Virus record (IMG/VR): IMGVR_UViG_3300045988_108791 | Coordinates: 12,935-76,934 of that record | Source: a virus | DNA: 64,000 nucleotides | Direction: 5' to 3' (one strand) | Part shown: positions 19,564 through 29,500 of the stretch, one piece after another | Position numbering within the stretch: position 1 is the stretch's first letter | Layout of the letters: every line of letters begins with the position of its first letter | The notes under the pieces: model-generated | What the model saw: the letters and a program-made list of their open reading frames with translations, nothing else | The model's database searches: none | Told to the model about the DNA's origin: nothing | Position numbers and translations under genes: made by a program

Positions 19564-20571
19564 ATGGGTGGTGATAAAATCGTCCTTTTAGATGGAGCCG
19601 GGGCTAACGGTGGTGGTGCAGCCACTAACGGTCTTCTTTCAATGATTCCCGGCATGTTTGCTAATTTGATAGGTGGTAATAAAATGGATCCGAATCTGGT
19701 GGCGGCTTTGATGAACGGTCGTAACAACCAGGACGGTTTCGGTGGGGCTAACGGTTGGTGGCTCTGGATAATTGTTTTGTTCTGGCTGTGGGGTGGACGC
19801 GGCTTCGGTAACGGTTTTGGAAATGGCGGTGATTGTTGTGCCAATGGTTTGCCGGCTCAGTTGAATAACGATTACGGTCGTGAACTTTTGATGCAGGCAA
19901 TTCAAGGTAATCGTAGCGCCATAGATCAGATTGCTTCTGCTTTGAACTGTTCTACTACTCAACTTCAGAACGCTATCTGCAACGTACAGGGTGCTATTGA
20001 TAAAGTAGCTGGTCAGGTAGGTATGACTTCTCAGGCTGTTATCAACGCAGTTCAACAACAAGGTTGTGAAATAGGAAATCAAATCAGCTCTTGCTGCTGC
20101 AATCTGAGTTCGTTGATCAATCAAAGCACTTGCCAGACTCAGGGAATGATTACTCAGCAAGGTTTTGATAACCAGCTTCGCACGTTGGAACAAACCAATG
20201 TCTTGCAGAACGGTCTCAACCAAGGTCTGGCTAACAATCGTGAGCAAGCTACAAGCCAATTCAATATCTTGTCTGCGAAACTTGACGCCCAAACCGTTAT
20301 GATCAACGACAAATTCTGTCAGTTGGAAATGAGGGAAATGCAGAACACTATTGCTCAACTTCGTGAAGAAAAAGCGGCTTTGACAGCTTCGGCATTATCT
20401 CAGCAACAAACCCAGAATATCGTTGGTCAATTACGCCCGACGGCCGTCCCGGCCTACCCCTCTTGTTCTCCTTACCAGGCTTATACTTGGGGACAGGTAT
20501 TCGGAGGAGGTTGCTGTAATAACGGATGCGGATGTAACAACGGATGTTGCAATAACAACGCTGCTGTCTGA
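19564..20571 (+). CDS. Gly/Trp-rich membrane-anchor + Q/N-rich coiled-coil + C-terminal Cys-cluster protein
   Basis: The ORF track starts at 19507. ATG 19564 (MGGDKIVLLDG...) is more plausible. It has a Gly-rich N-terminus, a W-rich hydrophobic segment WWLWIIVLFWLWGG and a long Q/N-rich region with CC/CCC pairs. The C-terminus is GGGCCNNGCGCNNGCCNNNAAV. Confidence 0.6.
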   Translation: MGGDKIVLLDGAGANGGGAATNGLLSMIPGMFANLIGGNKMDPNLVAALMNGRNNQDGFGGANGWWLWIIVLFWLWGGRGFGNGFGNGGDCCANGLPAQLNNDYGRELLMQAIQGNRSAIDQIASALNCSTTQLQNAICNVQGAIDKVAGQVGMTSQAVINAVQQQGCEIGNQISSCCCNLSSLINQSTCQTQGMITQQGFDNQLRTLEQTNVLQNGLNQGLANNREQATSQFNILSAKLDAQTVMINDKFCQLEMREMQNTIAQLREEKAALTASALSQQQTQNIVGQLRPTAVPAYPSCSPYQAYTWGQVFGGGCCNNGCGCNNGCCNNNAAV

Positions 20572-20594
20572 TTTTATTAAGAAAGGAGGCTAAT

Positions 20595-21008
20595 ATGGCT
20601 TGTGTTTCTAAAATAGGATCGTTGTATGAGATGGTTACGAAGAATGTTATTGTCAGTACGACAAATACAGTCTTCGGTATTAACCCACGGGCTTGGATCG
20701 CCCTTCCGTGTGAGGGTCTTATCCTTCTTAAGATAAGGCAAGTAGTCCCCACAGCCGGAAGTGCTCTACCGGTACAGATTGCGGTCCCGGCAAACAGTAC
20801 AGTTTCAACAGTAGGAGCCGACACCTGTTGCCCGGTTACGGGAGTGAATGTCGTGAACCCTATTAACGTAGCTGTCACGGGTGCTGCTATGGTAAATGGC
20901 ACAGAACGCCTTCTGTACTTCAATAAAGTTCGTGGCGTGTTAAGATTAATGGATTGTTGTGTTCCGACAACAACAGCCCAGGCGTCTGAAGTTAAAGCAG
21001 GTAAATGA
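20595..21008 (+). CDS. Thr/Val-rich hypothetical protein with CC pairs (137 aa)
   Basis: Preceded by a rare strong Shine-Dalgarno site, AAGGAGG, 7 nt upstream. Contains the motifs TCCPVTG and DCCVPTT. Possible partner of the upstream Cys-rich protein. Confidence 0.6.
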   Translation: MACVSKIGSLYEMVTKNVIVSTTNTVFGINPRAWIALPCEGLILLKIRQVVPTAGSALPVQIAVPANSTVSTVGADTCCPVTGVNVVNPINVAVTGAAMVNGTERLLYFNKVRGVLRLMDCCVPTTTAQASEVKAGK

Positions 21009-21015
21009 TTTCAGT

Positions 21016-21047
21016 AGGGTGATGGAGATCATCACCCTATTTTCACC
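21016..21047 (+). terminator. rho-independent terminator
   Basis: AGGGTGATG gagat CATCACCCT, followed by ATTTTCACC. Confidence 0.5.
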
Positions 21048-21058
21048 TAACTAATATT

Positions 21059-21553
21059 TTGATCATGTTTTCAGATTTGAAGAAAGGGTTTCAGGTACAT
21101 ACCCTTGATACTAATACAGTACCTAAATACGAATTGGGAAAGGTAGTAGCCGTATCCGAACCCAGGTATCTTCCTCCTCAGCCAGGTCAGTATCAGGCGA
21201 TGCAGACCCGCGTGGTGGATCTGACGGTAGAGCTCACTGGCGAAACCAAGACCTATACGGTCCCGGAATCCCAGAATGTGGCTAAGGCTATGGGCATAAC
21301 ATTATCTACCAGCATAGATCCGATTATGAACGAGCTGAATGCCATAAAAAGCACCAGTCAGGAAATAATAGACAGCGTAGATGCCCATCGTGCCAAGATA
21401 GAGGCTTGTGAATCTATATTAGAAGATATCAATCCGGCATTCAAGCAAACGAGAGAGCAGGATCGTAAAATAGCTGGTATAGAAAATAAGGTGAATGACC
21501 TTACTGATTCATTCGAAGATTTAAAGAAGTTAATTGTAGAACGTTTGAAATAA
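21059..21553 (+). CDS. hypothetical protein (164 aa)
   Basis: Clean ORF; the C-terminal half is predicted to be a coiled coil. Confidence 0.6.
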   Translation: MIMFSDLKKGFQVHTLDTNTVPKYELGKVVAVSEPRYLPPQPGQYQAMQTRVVDLTVELTGETKTYTVPESQNVAKAMGITLSTSIDPIMNELNAIKSTSQEIIDSVDAHRAKIEACESILEDINPAFKQTREQDRKIAGIENKVNDLTDSFEDLKKLIVERLK

Positions 21554-21560
21554 GTATAAT

Positions 21561-21929
21561 ATGATAGTATATGATTTAAATTCAGGACACAGAGAATATC
21601 CTGGATATGACGAGATAGAAGACAGACGAGGTGGAGGCAGAGGCAGAAGCCGGCGTTCTGATGGGACGTACATGGGGTATGGTGGTGGTATTTACGACCA
21701 TTACGGTATGCATGAGAAGATGAAAGAAATGGAAGAGCGCGAAAACGAGCTGGAAGAAAGGGAAAGAAGGCTCGAAGAGCGCGAACGTCGTCATGAAATG
21801 GAGGACCGGGAATACCGGAGGATGGGTTACGAATCCTACCCGACCGATTACTATGGAGACGACAGATACTACGGTGACGGACCTCAGATGCGTAGAGGTC
21901 GCGGACGTGGCAGAGGTCGTTCTTATTGA
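21561..21929 (+). CDS. RGG/RG-box and Glu/Arg-rich low-complexity protein (122 aa)
   Basis: Contains RRGGGRGRSRRSDG, the central ER-repeat helix EERENELEERERRLEERERRHEMEDREYRR, and a C-terminal RRGRGRGRGRSY. Y/G-rich flanks. Confidence 0.55.
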   Translation: MIVYDLNSGHREYPGYDEIEDRRGGGRGRSRRSDGTYMGYGGGIYDHYGMHEKMKEMEERENELEERERRLEERERRHEMEDREYRRMGYESYPTDYYGDDRYYGDGPQMRRGRGRGRGRSY

Positions 21930-22022
21930 GGAGCAGACGCAGAGGATCCAGCTTATCAGAAATATGTAGATACTTACGGCTACCATTTTTCTAATGCTCT
22001 CGCTGATGAGGCGGTAAAGAAG

Positions 22023-22316
22023 ATGGTCAACGTCGATGGATCCAAGAGGATCTGGAAGCAGCCGGAAATAAAAGATATTTTTGAAAAGTGCGGAGCGAAG
22101 AAGCCGGATAAAGCGACATGGGGCGATGTCCAATATGTCTTTGCAATGTACTATTCGGATGGTTTTCCGAAGGTCTTCAAATGTGAGAACGAGTTGGTGA
22201 AAGCTACGTTAATGTATTTGGATGATCCGGATGCTCCCGAAGGAGTAGCCTTTATAAGATGGCTTGCCGTGCAAGATTACCTCGGCGAAAAAATAAACTG
22301 GAAGGATCTGACCTGA
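22023..22316 (+). CDS. hypothetical protein (97 aa)
   Basis: ORF. The frame is open upstream and could use a non-ATG start. Confidence 0.5.
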   Translation: MVNVDGSKRIWKQPEIKDIFEKCGAKKPDKATWGDVQYVFAMYYSDGFPKVFKCENELVKATLMYLDDPDAPEGVAFIRWLAVQDYLGEKINWKDLT

Positions 22317-22474
22317 GATCCAGATCCAGGTCCTTCCGGTGGTGCGGGAGCCATAGTAAAAAATATGATTCCCGCATTCCCGTTTTTCCCGTTTGGAAAA
22401 AAAGGAATAAAAATATTATACCGGTCGGCGGGCAATAGAATACCCGTGGCCGGTTTGTTTCACATAACTTTTTT

Positions 22475-22657
22475 TTGGATATGAATATAGCACACGAATC
22501 TAAATCGAATAAAACCCCATTGTATTTAATAGGAGAGTTGATTGGCGTACCGAATACGGTTATGGACTCAGCATTGCATGAACTGAAAGATAGAATAGAC
22601 AAAGACCCTAAATATAAAGATGTTAAAAATTGGCTCGAATCTTTACCCAAGATCTGA
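22475..22657 (+). CDS. small hypothetical protein (60 aa)
   Basis: Short ORF followed directly by a strong terminator. Confidence 0.45.
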   Translation: MDMNIAHESKSNKTPLYLIGELIGVPNTVMDSALHELKDRIDKDPKYKDVKNWLESLPKI

Positions 22658-22678
22658 ACCTATTTTTTTCAATACCAG

Positions 22679-22712
22679 GCCCGATGCGATTTTAACGTAT
22701 CGGGTTTTTATT
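22679..22712 (+). terminator. rho-independent terminator
   Basis: CCCGATGCG atttaa CGTATCGGG (9-bp stem with one G-U pair), followed by TTTTTATTTT. Confidence 0.6.
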
Positions 22713-22759
22713 TTAATTCATATTGTTTTATTTTAAATCTAATTAATTCATGAATGTCG

Positions 22760-22767
22760 TACTTTTG
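22760..22767 (+). promoter_or_regulatory. -7 promoter element TActTTTG
   Basis: 17 nt upstream of ATG 22785. Confidence 0.35.
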
Positions 22768-22784
22768 TTGAAAAAGTATTTTTT

Positions 22785-23012
22785 ATGGAAAATAAGGAAG
22801 ATTACGTTGGTTACGAAGATCAAGAACTGTGTAACCGGTATTACAAAGAGGCTGAAGTCATGAGGCAAAAGCAGGACTGGTCTCGGCTTAGGGCTGTCCC
22901 TGCTCCGGCTAAGGGAACGCCATCGCCCGGCTGGGGTCAGCTTGGACGTGGAAATGATGTCCGTGTCAAGTATGTTAGCATCAATTCAGGATTAGGAGGG
23001 GACAGATTATGA
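22785..23012 (+). CDS. small hypothetical protein (75 aa)
   Basis: ORF with an ATGA overlap to the next gene. Confidence 0.5.
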   Translation: MENKEDYVGYEDQELCNRYYKEAEVMRQKQDWSRLRAVPAPAKGTPSPGWGQLGRGNDVRVKYVSINSGLGGDRL

Positions 23013-23224
23013 CCGTAGAAGAATTGGCTAATAAAAGATACGGTGGCGAATTTGTTTTCATGTTTGGTCATCTTGAAGGTAGAACAAGATTCGTTTTTGA
23101 ATGCTTTGATCCCAGACCTGATCACGAAGGTAAAAATACTTATATGGTTTCCTATTTTGATAAGGGACTTCGTAGAAGAGATGTGGTAGATGTGCCATGT
23201 TATATGAATGTTTTAGCAAAATAA
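23009..23224 (+). CDS. small hypothetical protein (71 aa)
   Basis: ORF, translationally coupled to the upstream gene. Confidence 0.5.
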   Translation: MTVEELANKRYGGEFVFMFGHLEGRTRFVFECFDPRPDHEGKNTYMVSYFDKGLRRRDVVDVPCYMNVLAK

Positions 23225-23244
23225 ATTAAAATATTGTAAATATC

Positions 23245-23880
23245 GTGGTTAGAATCGCATATTTAGGAACCGATGGCTGTCCTGGTCATCACGTTATTCC
23301 AATACGAGGTAAATTTACGGAAGAGGATATTAAGGTAATAGAATCTATAGATTGTGATGATTTCTATAAGGTGTTTGATGTCATGCGTTTTAAGATAGCT
23401 GAGTTTAAAGGATGGACGATATTGGGAATCCCGGCAAGCTTAGACGATCATAGACCTGGAAGCAAAATCGTTATCTTCATAGAGGGTAAAGCTAACGAAG
23501 CTGATTTTATAGAAGTCATACAAGAGTATTATTTTCTTAAAAATAAGGTAAAGAAACTTGCCGAATTGTATCATGATGGAGAATGGCTTGCGACTGGTAA
23601 ATTGAATCAAGATCAGCCTACTAACAAGGAGCGGTTTCAATTTACGTTAGACAAGGATGATATTATTAATATGATTAGGGGAGTCGATTTAGATCCTTAT
23701 TCTGATGTAGCGAATGAAATAGAGAAAATCGGATTGGGATCATCATCTGATTCTTCATATGAGGGTCCCACATGGTCTTGGTTTATTAACAAAGTAGAAC
23801 TTTGGCAGAAGAATAATGTATGGGATGGTTTTTCTGCTGAGTTCTTATGGGGTTTGTATTGTAGGATAAAGAAAGTATAG
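23245..23880 (+). CDS. hypothetical protein (211 aa)
   Basis: ORF with a GTG start; no in-frame ATG nearby. Confidence 0.55.
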   Translation: MVRIAYLGTDGCPGHHVIPIRGKFTEEDIKVIESIDCDDFYKVFDVMRFKIAEFKGWTILGIPASLDDHRPGSKIVIFIEGKANEADFIEVIQEYYFLKNKVKKLAELYHDGEWLATGKLNQDQPTNKERFQFTLDKDDIINMIRGVDLDPYSDVANEIEKIGLGSSSDSSYEGPTWSWFINKVELWQKNNVWDGFSAEFLWGLYCRIKKV

Positions 23881-23903
23881 TAACAATTAATTAAAAACAA
23901 ATC

Positions 23904-24800
23904 ATGGAATTAAAAGATTTTAAAGATGTGGTTAGAGTAATGACAAAAGAAGAGTTCGAATCAACAATCGAAGAAGATATTAAATTCGTTGAGGGATTCA
24001 AGAATTTCTTAAAACATGATGATGCCACGAGAATAGTAGAGCATATCAAGTCTGTGTTAGAAGCATCAGTAGATTACTACTATCCTAATCATCCTGAAGT
24101 AGAATTTGAAAAAGATTTTAATATACAATACGATGTCAATAATATCTTGAACAAATACGGCCACACCGAAATGGGTATGTATAAAATACAGCTCTATATA
24201 GAGAATATTTTGGGTAGTATTCAAAACAAGAAGCCTGTAGACGTGGGAGAAGTCTCTGACGGATACCACACTTTCAATGAATTGTATCGGTATCGCATGT
24301 TGTATAACGCTGCCTTCTTTAATCTATTAGCCAGAAACGGACAGGTTGAAGTTTGCAAATCAAGGAGACACAGCGATGGAGAAAAATGCTTCGGTTCTGA
24401 TGATTGGTTTATTGTGATGGCAATGTTACCCACTGGTCAGGTGTCTAATCACTATGAAAGCAAATACTGGGATTTGTTTGATGTTCCAGAAAGAGAAACC
24501 GCTTTCGAATATGATGGCCATACACCAAATGAAGCCGCAGACAGACTTGAACAGTATCTTTTTCGAAAGAAATCGGGTTTAACATTTGAAGAAGCTTTTA
24601 AATTTTTGAAAAATGGTAATAATATCAAAAGGCATGGGTGGAAAAATGAACATCTTGATGCTTTTAGAAAAAGTGGTGTTAGCTCAATTCATGTGGAAAA
24701 GTCATTGATCATAATTATAAATGAAGAAACACGGAGGCTGACATCGTGGAATCCAAGTATAGAAGATATATCGTCGAATGACTGGGAGGTTGTGAAATGA
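23904..24800 (+). CDS. hypothetical protein (298 aa)
   Basis: Clean ORF. Overlaps the next gene by 4 nt. Confidence 0.6.
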   Translation: MELKDFKDVVRVMTKEEFESTIEEDIKFVEGFKNFLKHDDATRIVEHIKSVLEASVDYYYPNHPEVEFEKDFNIQYDVNNILNKYGHTEMGMYKIQLYIENILGSIQNKKPVDVGEVSDGYHTFNELYRYRMLYNAAFFNLLARNGQVEVCKSRRHSDGEKCFGSDDWFIVMAMLPTGQVSNHYESKYWDLFDVPERETAFEYDGHTPNEAADRLEQYLFRKKSGLTFEEAFKFLKNGNNIKRHGWKNEHLDAFRKSGVSSIHVEKSLIIIINEETRRLTSWNPSIEDISSNDWEVVK

Positions 24801-25072
24801 GTTTGTTTGTTTGTTCACGATGTGGCTGTATAGATAATACAGCCACATCGTGTTACTGGGCTCTTACAAGACCTTGTAAGAATCGTATTTACGATAAGTC
24901 GCTAAAGGGATATGAAGGTAAGCCTCTTTGTTCTGAATGTGCTGCTATTGAATATGATAAGGAAGACCAACTGGTGGTGGTTCCTGGAACGTGGCACGGT
25001 AAGTTCAAGAAAGAATGGCCTACTGAAGAAGAAAAGAAGCATATTGGTAAAAACGGTATTTTAAATTATTGA
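24797..25072 (+). CDS. zinc-ribbon small protein (91 aa)
   Basis: CSRCGC...CYWALTRPC...CSEC Cys pairs. Confidence 0.5.
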   Translation: MSLFVCSRCGCIDNTATSCYWALTRPCKNRIYDKSLKGYEGKPLCSECAAIEYDKEDQLVVVPGTWHGKFKKEWPTEEEKKHIGKNGILNY

Positions 25073-25075
25073 TTT

Positions 25076-25381
25076 ATGTGTGATAAGGAAATCGTGATAT
25101 GCGCGGCCATCTGGGTGCAGGACGGCAAGAAGCGTCCCCATCAGCCCACCAATATACCATCCGGCGCCGTGTTCTGTGGATTGAGACATTGTTCTATCAT
25201 TTCTCAGTTTGCAGCTTATGGTATTGCTCATAAAAACCGCAGTGTTCAAGGATTTTTGACAAGCAAGAACCGGTTTTTAACAAGAGAGGATGCGTCTGAA
25301 CTTGTTAAAAATAATAATCAGGAAATGGTAGTAGATAGGAGTGCCATTAGGGAACAATTGTATTCAGAAGATTTATATTAA
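25076..25381 (+). CDS. hypothetical protein (101 aa)
   Basis: ORF. Confidence 0.5.
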   Translation: MCDKEIVICAAIWVQDGKKRPHQPTNIPSGAVFCGLRHCSIISQFAAYGIAHKNRSVQGFLTSKNRFLTREDASELVKNNNQEMVVDRSAIREQLYSEDLY

Positions 25382-25402
25382 CAACTAAAAAAACAGAATA
25401 AT

Positions 25403-25753
25403 ATGGGATTTGTAATCAAAAAGTCAATCACTTATAATATGATGGACGGCAATCAGTTAGAGTATGTATTTGACAACATTAATTTAGATCATATCACATT
25501 TAAAGGTAATGGTAAAGAATCTTTTTCATTTAACAGAGCTCTTGTTGAAAATTTAATTGAGACATTTGATACTATGCAGGATATATACTCTGATAATTAC
25601 GGGATTAAGGTTTATACCGGTAATTGCATAATTCAACTGAATGTAAATCCAAAGAACTTAAGTGAATCCTTTTTTGACGTATATGATAGAGATGGGATGA
25701 AATTGATATATAGTATACAAAATAGTATTTTGAAAGAAATGTTTATAATATGA
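25403..25753 (+). CDS. hypothetical protein (116 aa)
   Basis: ORF. Overlaps the next gene by 4 nt. Confidence 0.5.
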   Translation: MGFVIKKSITYNMMDGNQLEYVFDNINLDHITFKGNGKESFSFNRALVENLIETFDTMQDIYSDNYGIKVYTGNCIIQLNVNPKNLSESFFDVYDRDGMKLIYSIQNSILKEMFII

Positions 25754-26070
25754 TTACCAAGCAGGACATACAAGCAGCAGCATCGTATATTTTCCAAAGT
25801 AGTTTTGTCTCGGAGGACCAGGCAAGGAAAGCGATGGTAAGAGCTGGCAATAACGCTACCAAGATCCTCATCAAGACCTTCAGAGGAAAGTTGTTCAAGA
25901 AAGCTTTTGGAAGAGCTCGTAGAGGAAAGGATATCAGTTCTTTTGAAAGACAGGAAAAAGAAAGTGGTTTCAATTTTCTTTACAATTCTAATAATGGTAG
26001 TATGCAAAGCGGTCATGTAAAAATAGATGAAATTGGACTATTTAAACAAATAATAAAGTCGGGTACGTAA
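25750..26070 (+). CDS. hypothetical basic protein (106 aa)
   Basis: ORF. Confidence 0.5.
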   Translation: MITKQDIQAAASYIFQSSFVSEDQARKAMVRAGNNATKILIKTFRGKLFKKAFGRARRGKDISSFERQEKESGFNFLYNSNNGSMQSGHVKIDEIGLFKQIIKSGT

Positions 26071-26099
26071 GTTATCCGACTTTTTCATATATTTGTGGC

Positions 26100-26423
26100 A
26101 TGGCACGAGGTTATTATTGGATACCGCAGACAGATGAAACGTTAAATGGCATAAGCTATTACGTGACTAAGGTAGTAGGAGATATCACGTTTGATACTAA
26201 ACGAAAAAGAATAGTGTTTCAAACTACCAGGTATTTCCCAGTAGGATCCGTATTCCATTTTACTCACAACTGCTTTAAATACGTCATAACCTGCCGGCTC
26301 CGTAAGCCGGGGCTGTGGTATGAGGCAAGGAGGGAAGACTGCGGACCTATTGGACCGGATGATGTGGAAAGGTTCGAATCTGGAAGGTTTATTCATAAAA
26401 ATGGGTACAAATATAATGCATAA
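26100..26423 (+). CDS. hypothetical protein (107 aa)
   Basis: ORF. Confidence 0.5.
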   Translation: MARGYYWIPQTDETLNGISYYVTKVVGDITFDTKRKRIVFQTTRYFPVGSVFHFTHNCFKYVITCRLRKPGLWYEARREDCGPIGPDDVERFESGRFIHKNGYKYNA

Positions 26424-26474
26424 GCGTAACTTGACGATTTACGTCAGATTATAATTTTTTTTCATATTATTTTT

Positions 26475-26514
26475 AAGCCATCAGACTGAGAAGTTAGATG
26501 GCTTAATTTTTTAT
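26475..26514 (+). terminator. rho-independent terminator
   Basis: AAGCCATC (26475-26482) / GATGGCTT (26497-26504), followed by AATTTTTTATG. Confidence 0.55.
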
Positions 26515-26533
26515 GATATGCTTGATTTTTAAC

Positions 26534-26541
26534 TACCTTTG
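26534..26541 (+). promoter_or_regulatory. -7 promoter element TAccTTTG
   Basis: 24 nt upstream of ATG 26565. Confidence 0.35.
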
Positions 26542-26564
26542 TCTTATAACAAAAATGTTTTACT

Positions 26565-29500
26565 ATGACATCAACGTGTATTATTAAAAGAGATAATAAA
26601 AAGAAAGTTGTTTCTGTCTCTACCAGATCAGGGGACAGGTCTATGTTGTTTGATAAAATAGCATCTATTCCTCTTATGGAGAATAGGGAACGGGCTACTA
26701 CTGTTTTTAAAACCGTATTTTCTAATAAGTTCTTAAAGGCTTTTGGTGACTGGAGAAGGAATGTACCTGTTAATAAACAGGCTTATAATAAGGTAAAATC
26801 CAACATCGGCCTTATTCCGGAATCCTATAGAGAAAGGGTGCTGGATAAGGCGTCTAAGATGAGTAACCCTGTTCTTGTGTCAAAATCAGATGCACCTTAT
26901 GAAATCCAAGAATCGGGCTTTGGATTCTACAGCCAAGATCTGGGTGATAATATTATGTTGGTGGATGCTATGGTTCCGTCAAGCATTTCCGTGCTGGAAG
27001 GACCTGGAATAGACGCCGGTCAGTATCTACAAGATGCTATATCTTCGGACTTCACTCCCGTATCTATGGTACAGGATAAGGATGCTAATTATATGGTTAT
27101 AAAAGACGGTCTTAAGATATTTAGCCCAGAAGAGCTACCGGAGGCAGATCCTAATCCTGTGGGTGTAACGTATCAGACCGGAGAGCCTCGTTTGTTTTTT
27201 ATGAACGATCGTAGTCAATTATTTGAAGATTACGGAGAAGCTCTTCGTTCTGGTGGGAATGATATTAGAATAGGATTCTTATCCGGCACCGTTCAAGAAT
27301 CTACCGTGGATGGCGTGGCAGACATTACATACAAGGCTGGAAAGTATGTTCTTAATAATCCCAAGTCTTTTATACCGGTCATGACCGCGTCTGCTTCTAC
27401 TTCTTTATCAACAAAAGGTGGTATAATTAACTACCTTATAAAGAAAGGTCTTTTGTCCGGATCTAAGATATTAGATCCTGAAACAAGAAGCTATTATCTT
27501 ACAGGAGAAGGACATACAGGACAAATTAGACTTTTCAATTCATCCTTATCCTACACCGAGCTCCGTAATCATTTTGGTTCCGATGTTTCCATGAACGACC
27601 AAGGTATGATAACCATAAGCTCGTTGGATAATAGTAAGGTAACTATGAGGCTCGCCACCGGAGGAACGGAAAGGGTTAGCAAAGAGCAGATAAAGAACGA
27701 TCTTAAGTCAGGAAGATACAATGAATTGGATGCTAAGTACGATCATTTTGATGCGCTTGTAGTTTCATTCATATTAGAAGACAACGATCTTTATGCTGAT
27801 ACTAAAGCTAAGATCGTATCGGATTATAGCAGGCAGGAACGTGACCAACGAAATTCTATTGTCGAGATACTGAAAACGCTTGGCGTTAGTGTCATAGGTA
27901 TGACCGATTATATAGAGAAGTACCAAACCAAATACGGGCATGAACCTTCTGCTAAGGCATTGGCGGATATTGCCAATAACGTAATAGCAGTTGGTGAAGA
28001 TGCTACTTTATCTGATTTAGTAGAAGAAACATCCCACTTCCTTGTAGAGGCATACAGAGATCAGAATGCTGTTGAGGCTGTTCTGCAAGATGTAGAAGGT
28101 ACGGAAGAGTGGAACCAGTATGCAGGTCAGTATTATAATACATACGGTAAGGTATATGAAGGATCTGAGCTTGATAATGCCGTTAGGAGAGAAATTCTTG
28201 GAAAGATCCTCGCCAGGGAGATGCAGACCGGCACAGCACAGGCGCCGGTAGAGCCCACCTCCTTCCTGGGGCGCGTCCGGCAGCTTCTCTCTGGAATCGT
28301 AAGCTGGCTTAAATCAGCTTTATCAACCCAAAGACAAGATTTGAATAACGTTATTAAAAGCATTCGTGATCTTGCCATTACTGACATAGATAAAGGATTT
28401 GACACTTCTCTGTTAAAGGATAATGACTTTACATTATACTCCCTTTCTTCTATGAACAAGAACAAGTTTCTTGAGTCTAAGATCAGATCGCTAAGAAAAA
28501 CATTAAGAGACTTACGTCAGATAAGCTCTGATAGGGCTGTAACTACGTCTATGACCCTTGCTCAGCTTAAGACCATAGAAGATAAGATAAATAAAGTAGA
28601 GACCGAGATAGACAAGAATGAGATGGCGGCTGCCATGAACAGCATGATCTCCACAGCCGAAGCTCAGGTCAGATACTTAAGTAATGTGGTGAACACCATC
28701 CTTCATGGTGATACCAAAGACGGTAAGCTTCATTTCAATACCAATGATCGAAAGAATGTAGATATTATCAACAATCAGGTTCTTCCGATCATGAACGATC
28801 TCCGAGGATATATCCGTAACAGAAGTACCGAATTTGATGAACGTGAAAAGCAGGATTATACAAATAGGATCAATACCGTCATTGCCGACATCAATGGTAT
28901 TCAGTCTGATATTAAATCAGTACAAGACCTTGATGAAAGTACGTTGCTTGATAAGTTAATGAACGAACTTCATGTGCCGGCAGATAAGGTAAAGAGAGTA
29001 AAAGAATTTTTCGACAAGGTTCAACACGATGTTTCTTGGATAAGTAGGTGGTTTGGTATATTAGAGCATTCTTCCAGTCCGTTCAATAACGCTCTTGGAG
29101 CTATGATTGCCAAAGACAATTACAATGCGATGGTGAATGCCCAGCCCGCCATATCCGACTTCCTGGCATATGCTAAAAAGCATGGTTTTAACAAATCTGA
29201 ATTTGAAAAACTGCTTCAGAAAGTAGACGGCAAAACTTCTAATTACCTTCGTAGTGCTCTTGATATGGCTAAATACGATCGTAATAAGAAGCTGGCGCAG
29301 ATGCGAGCGTTTGCGACTGCCATGAACATAGAGATATCAGAAGAAGAAATTGGTGATGTGGTTGACAATAACCGTAATTACGTATTTAAAAGAGAAGTAG
29401 TTGACAAGGATGGAAATACGGTTACTGAAAACGCTAAATTCAAACCATCGTCTGATAGAGTTAATACCGATATTTTTACCATCGAGCAGGAAAAGATCTA

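Noticed and set aside
19564-21929. Eukaryotic-virus origin suggested by Q/N-rich, Cys-cluster and RGG-box proteins
   Set aside because: The context is prokaryotic: rho-independent terminators, Bacteroidota promoters, DnaB, phage-type Dam, Cas4-like nuclease, NfeD-flotillin operon and an IS1595 remnant. These proteins are treated as unusual phage proteins.
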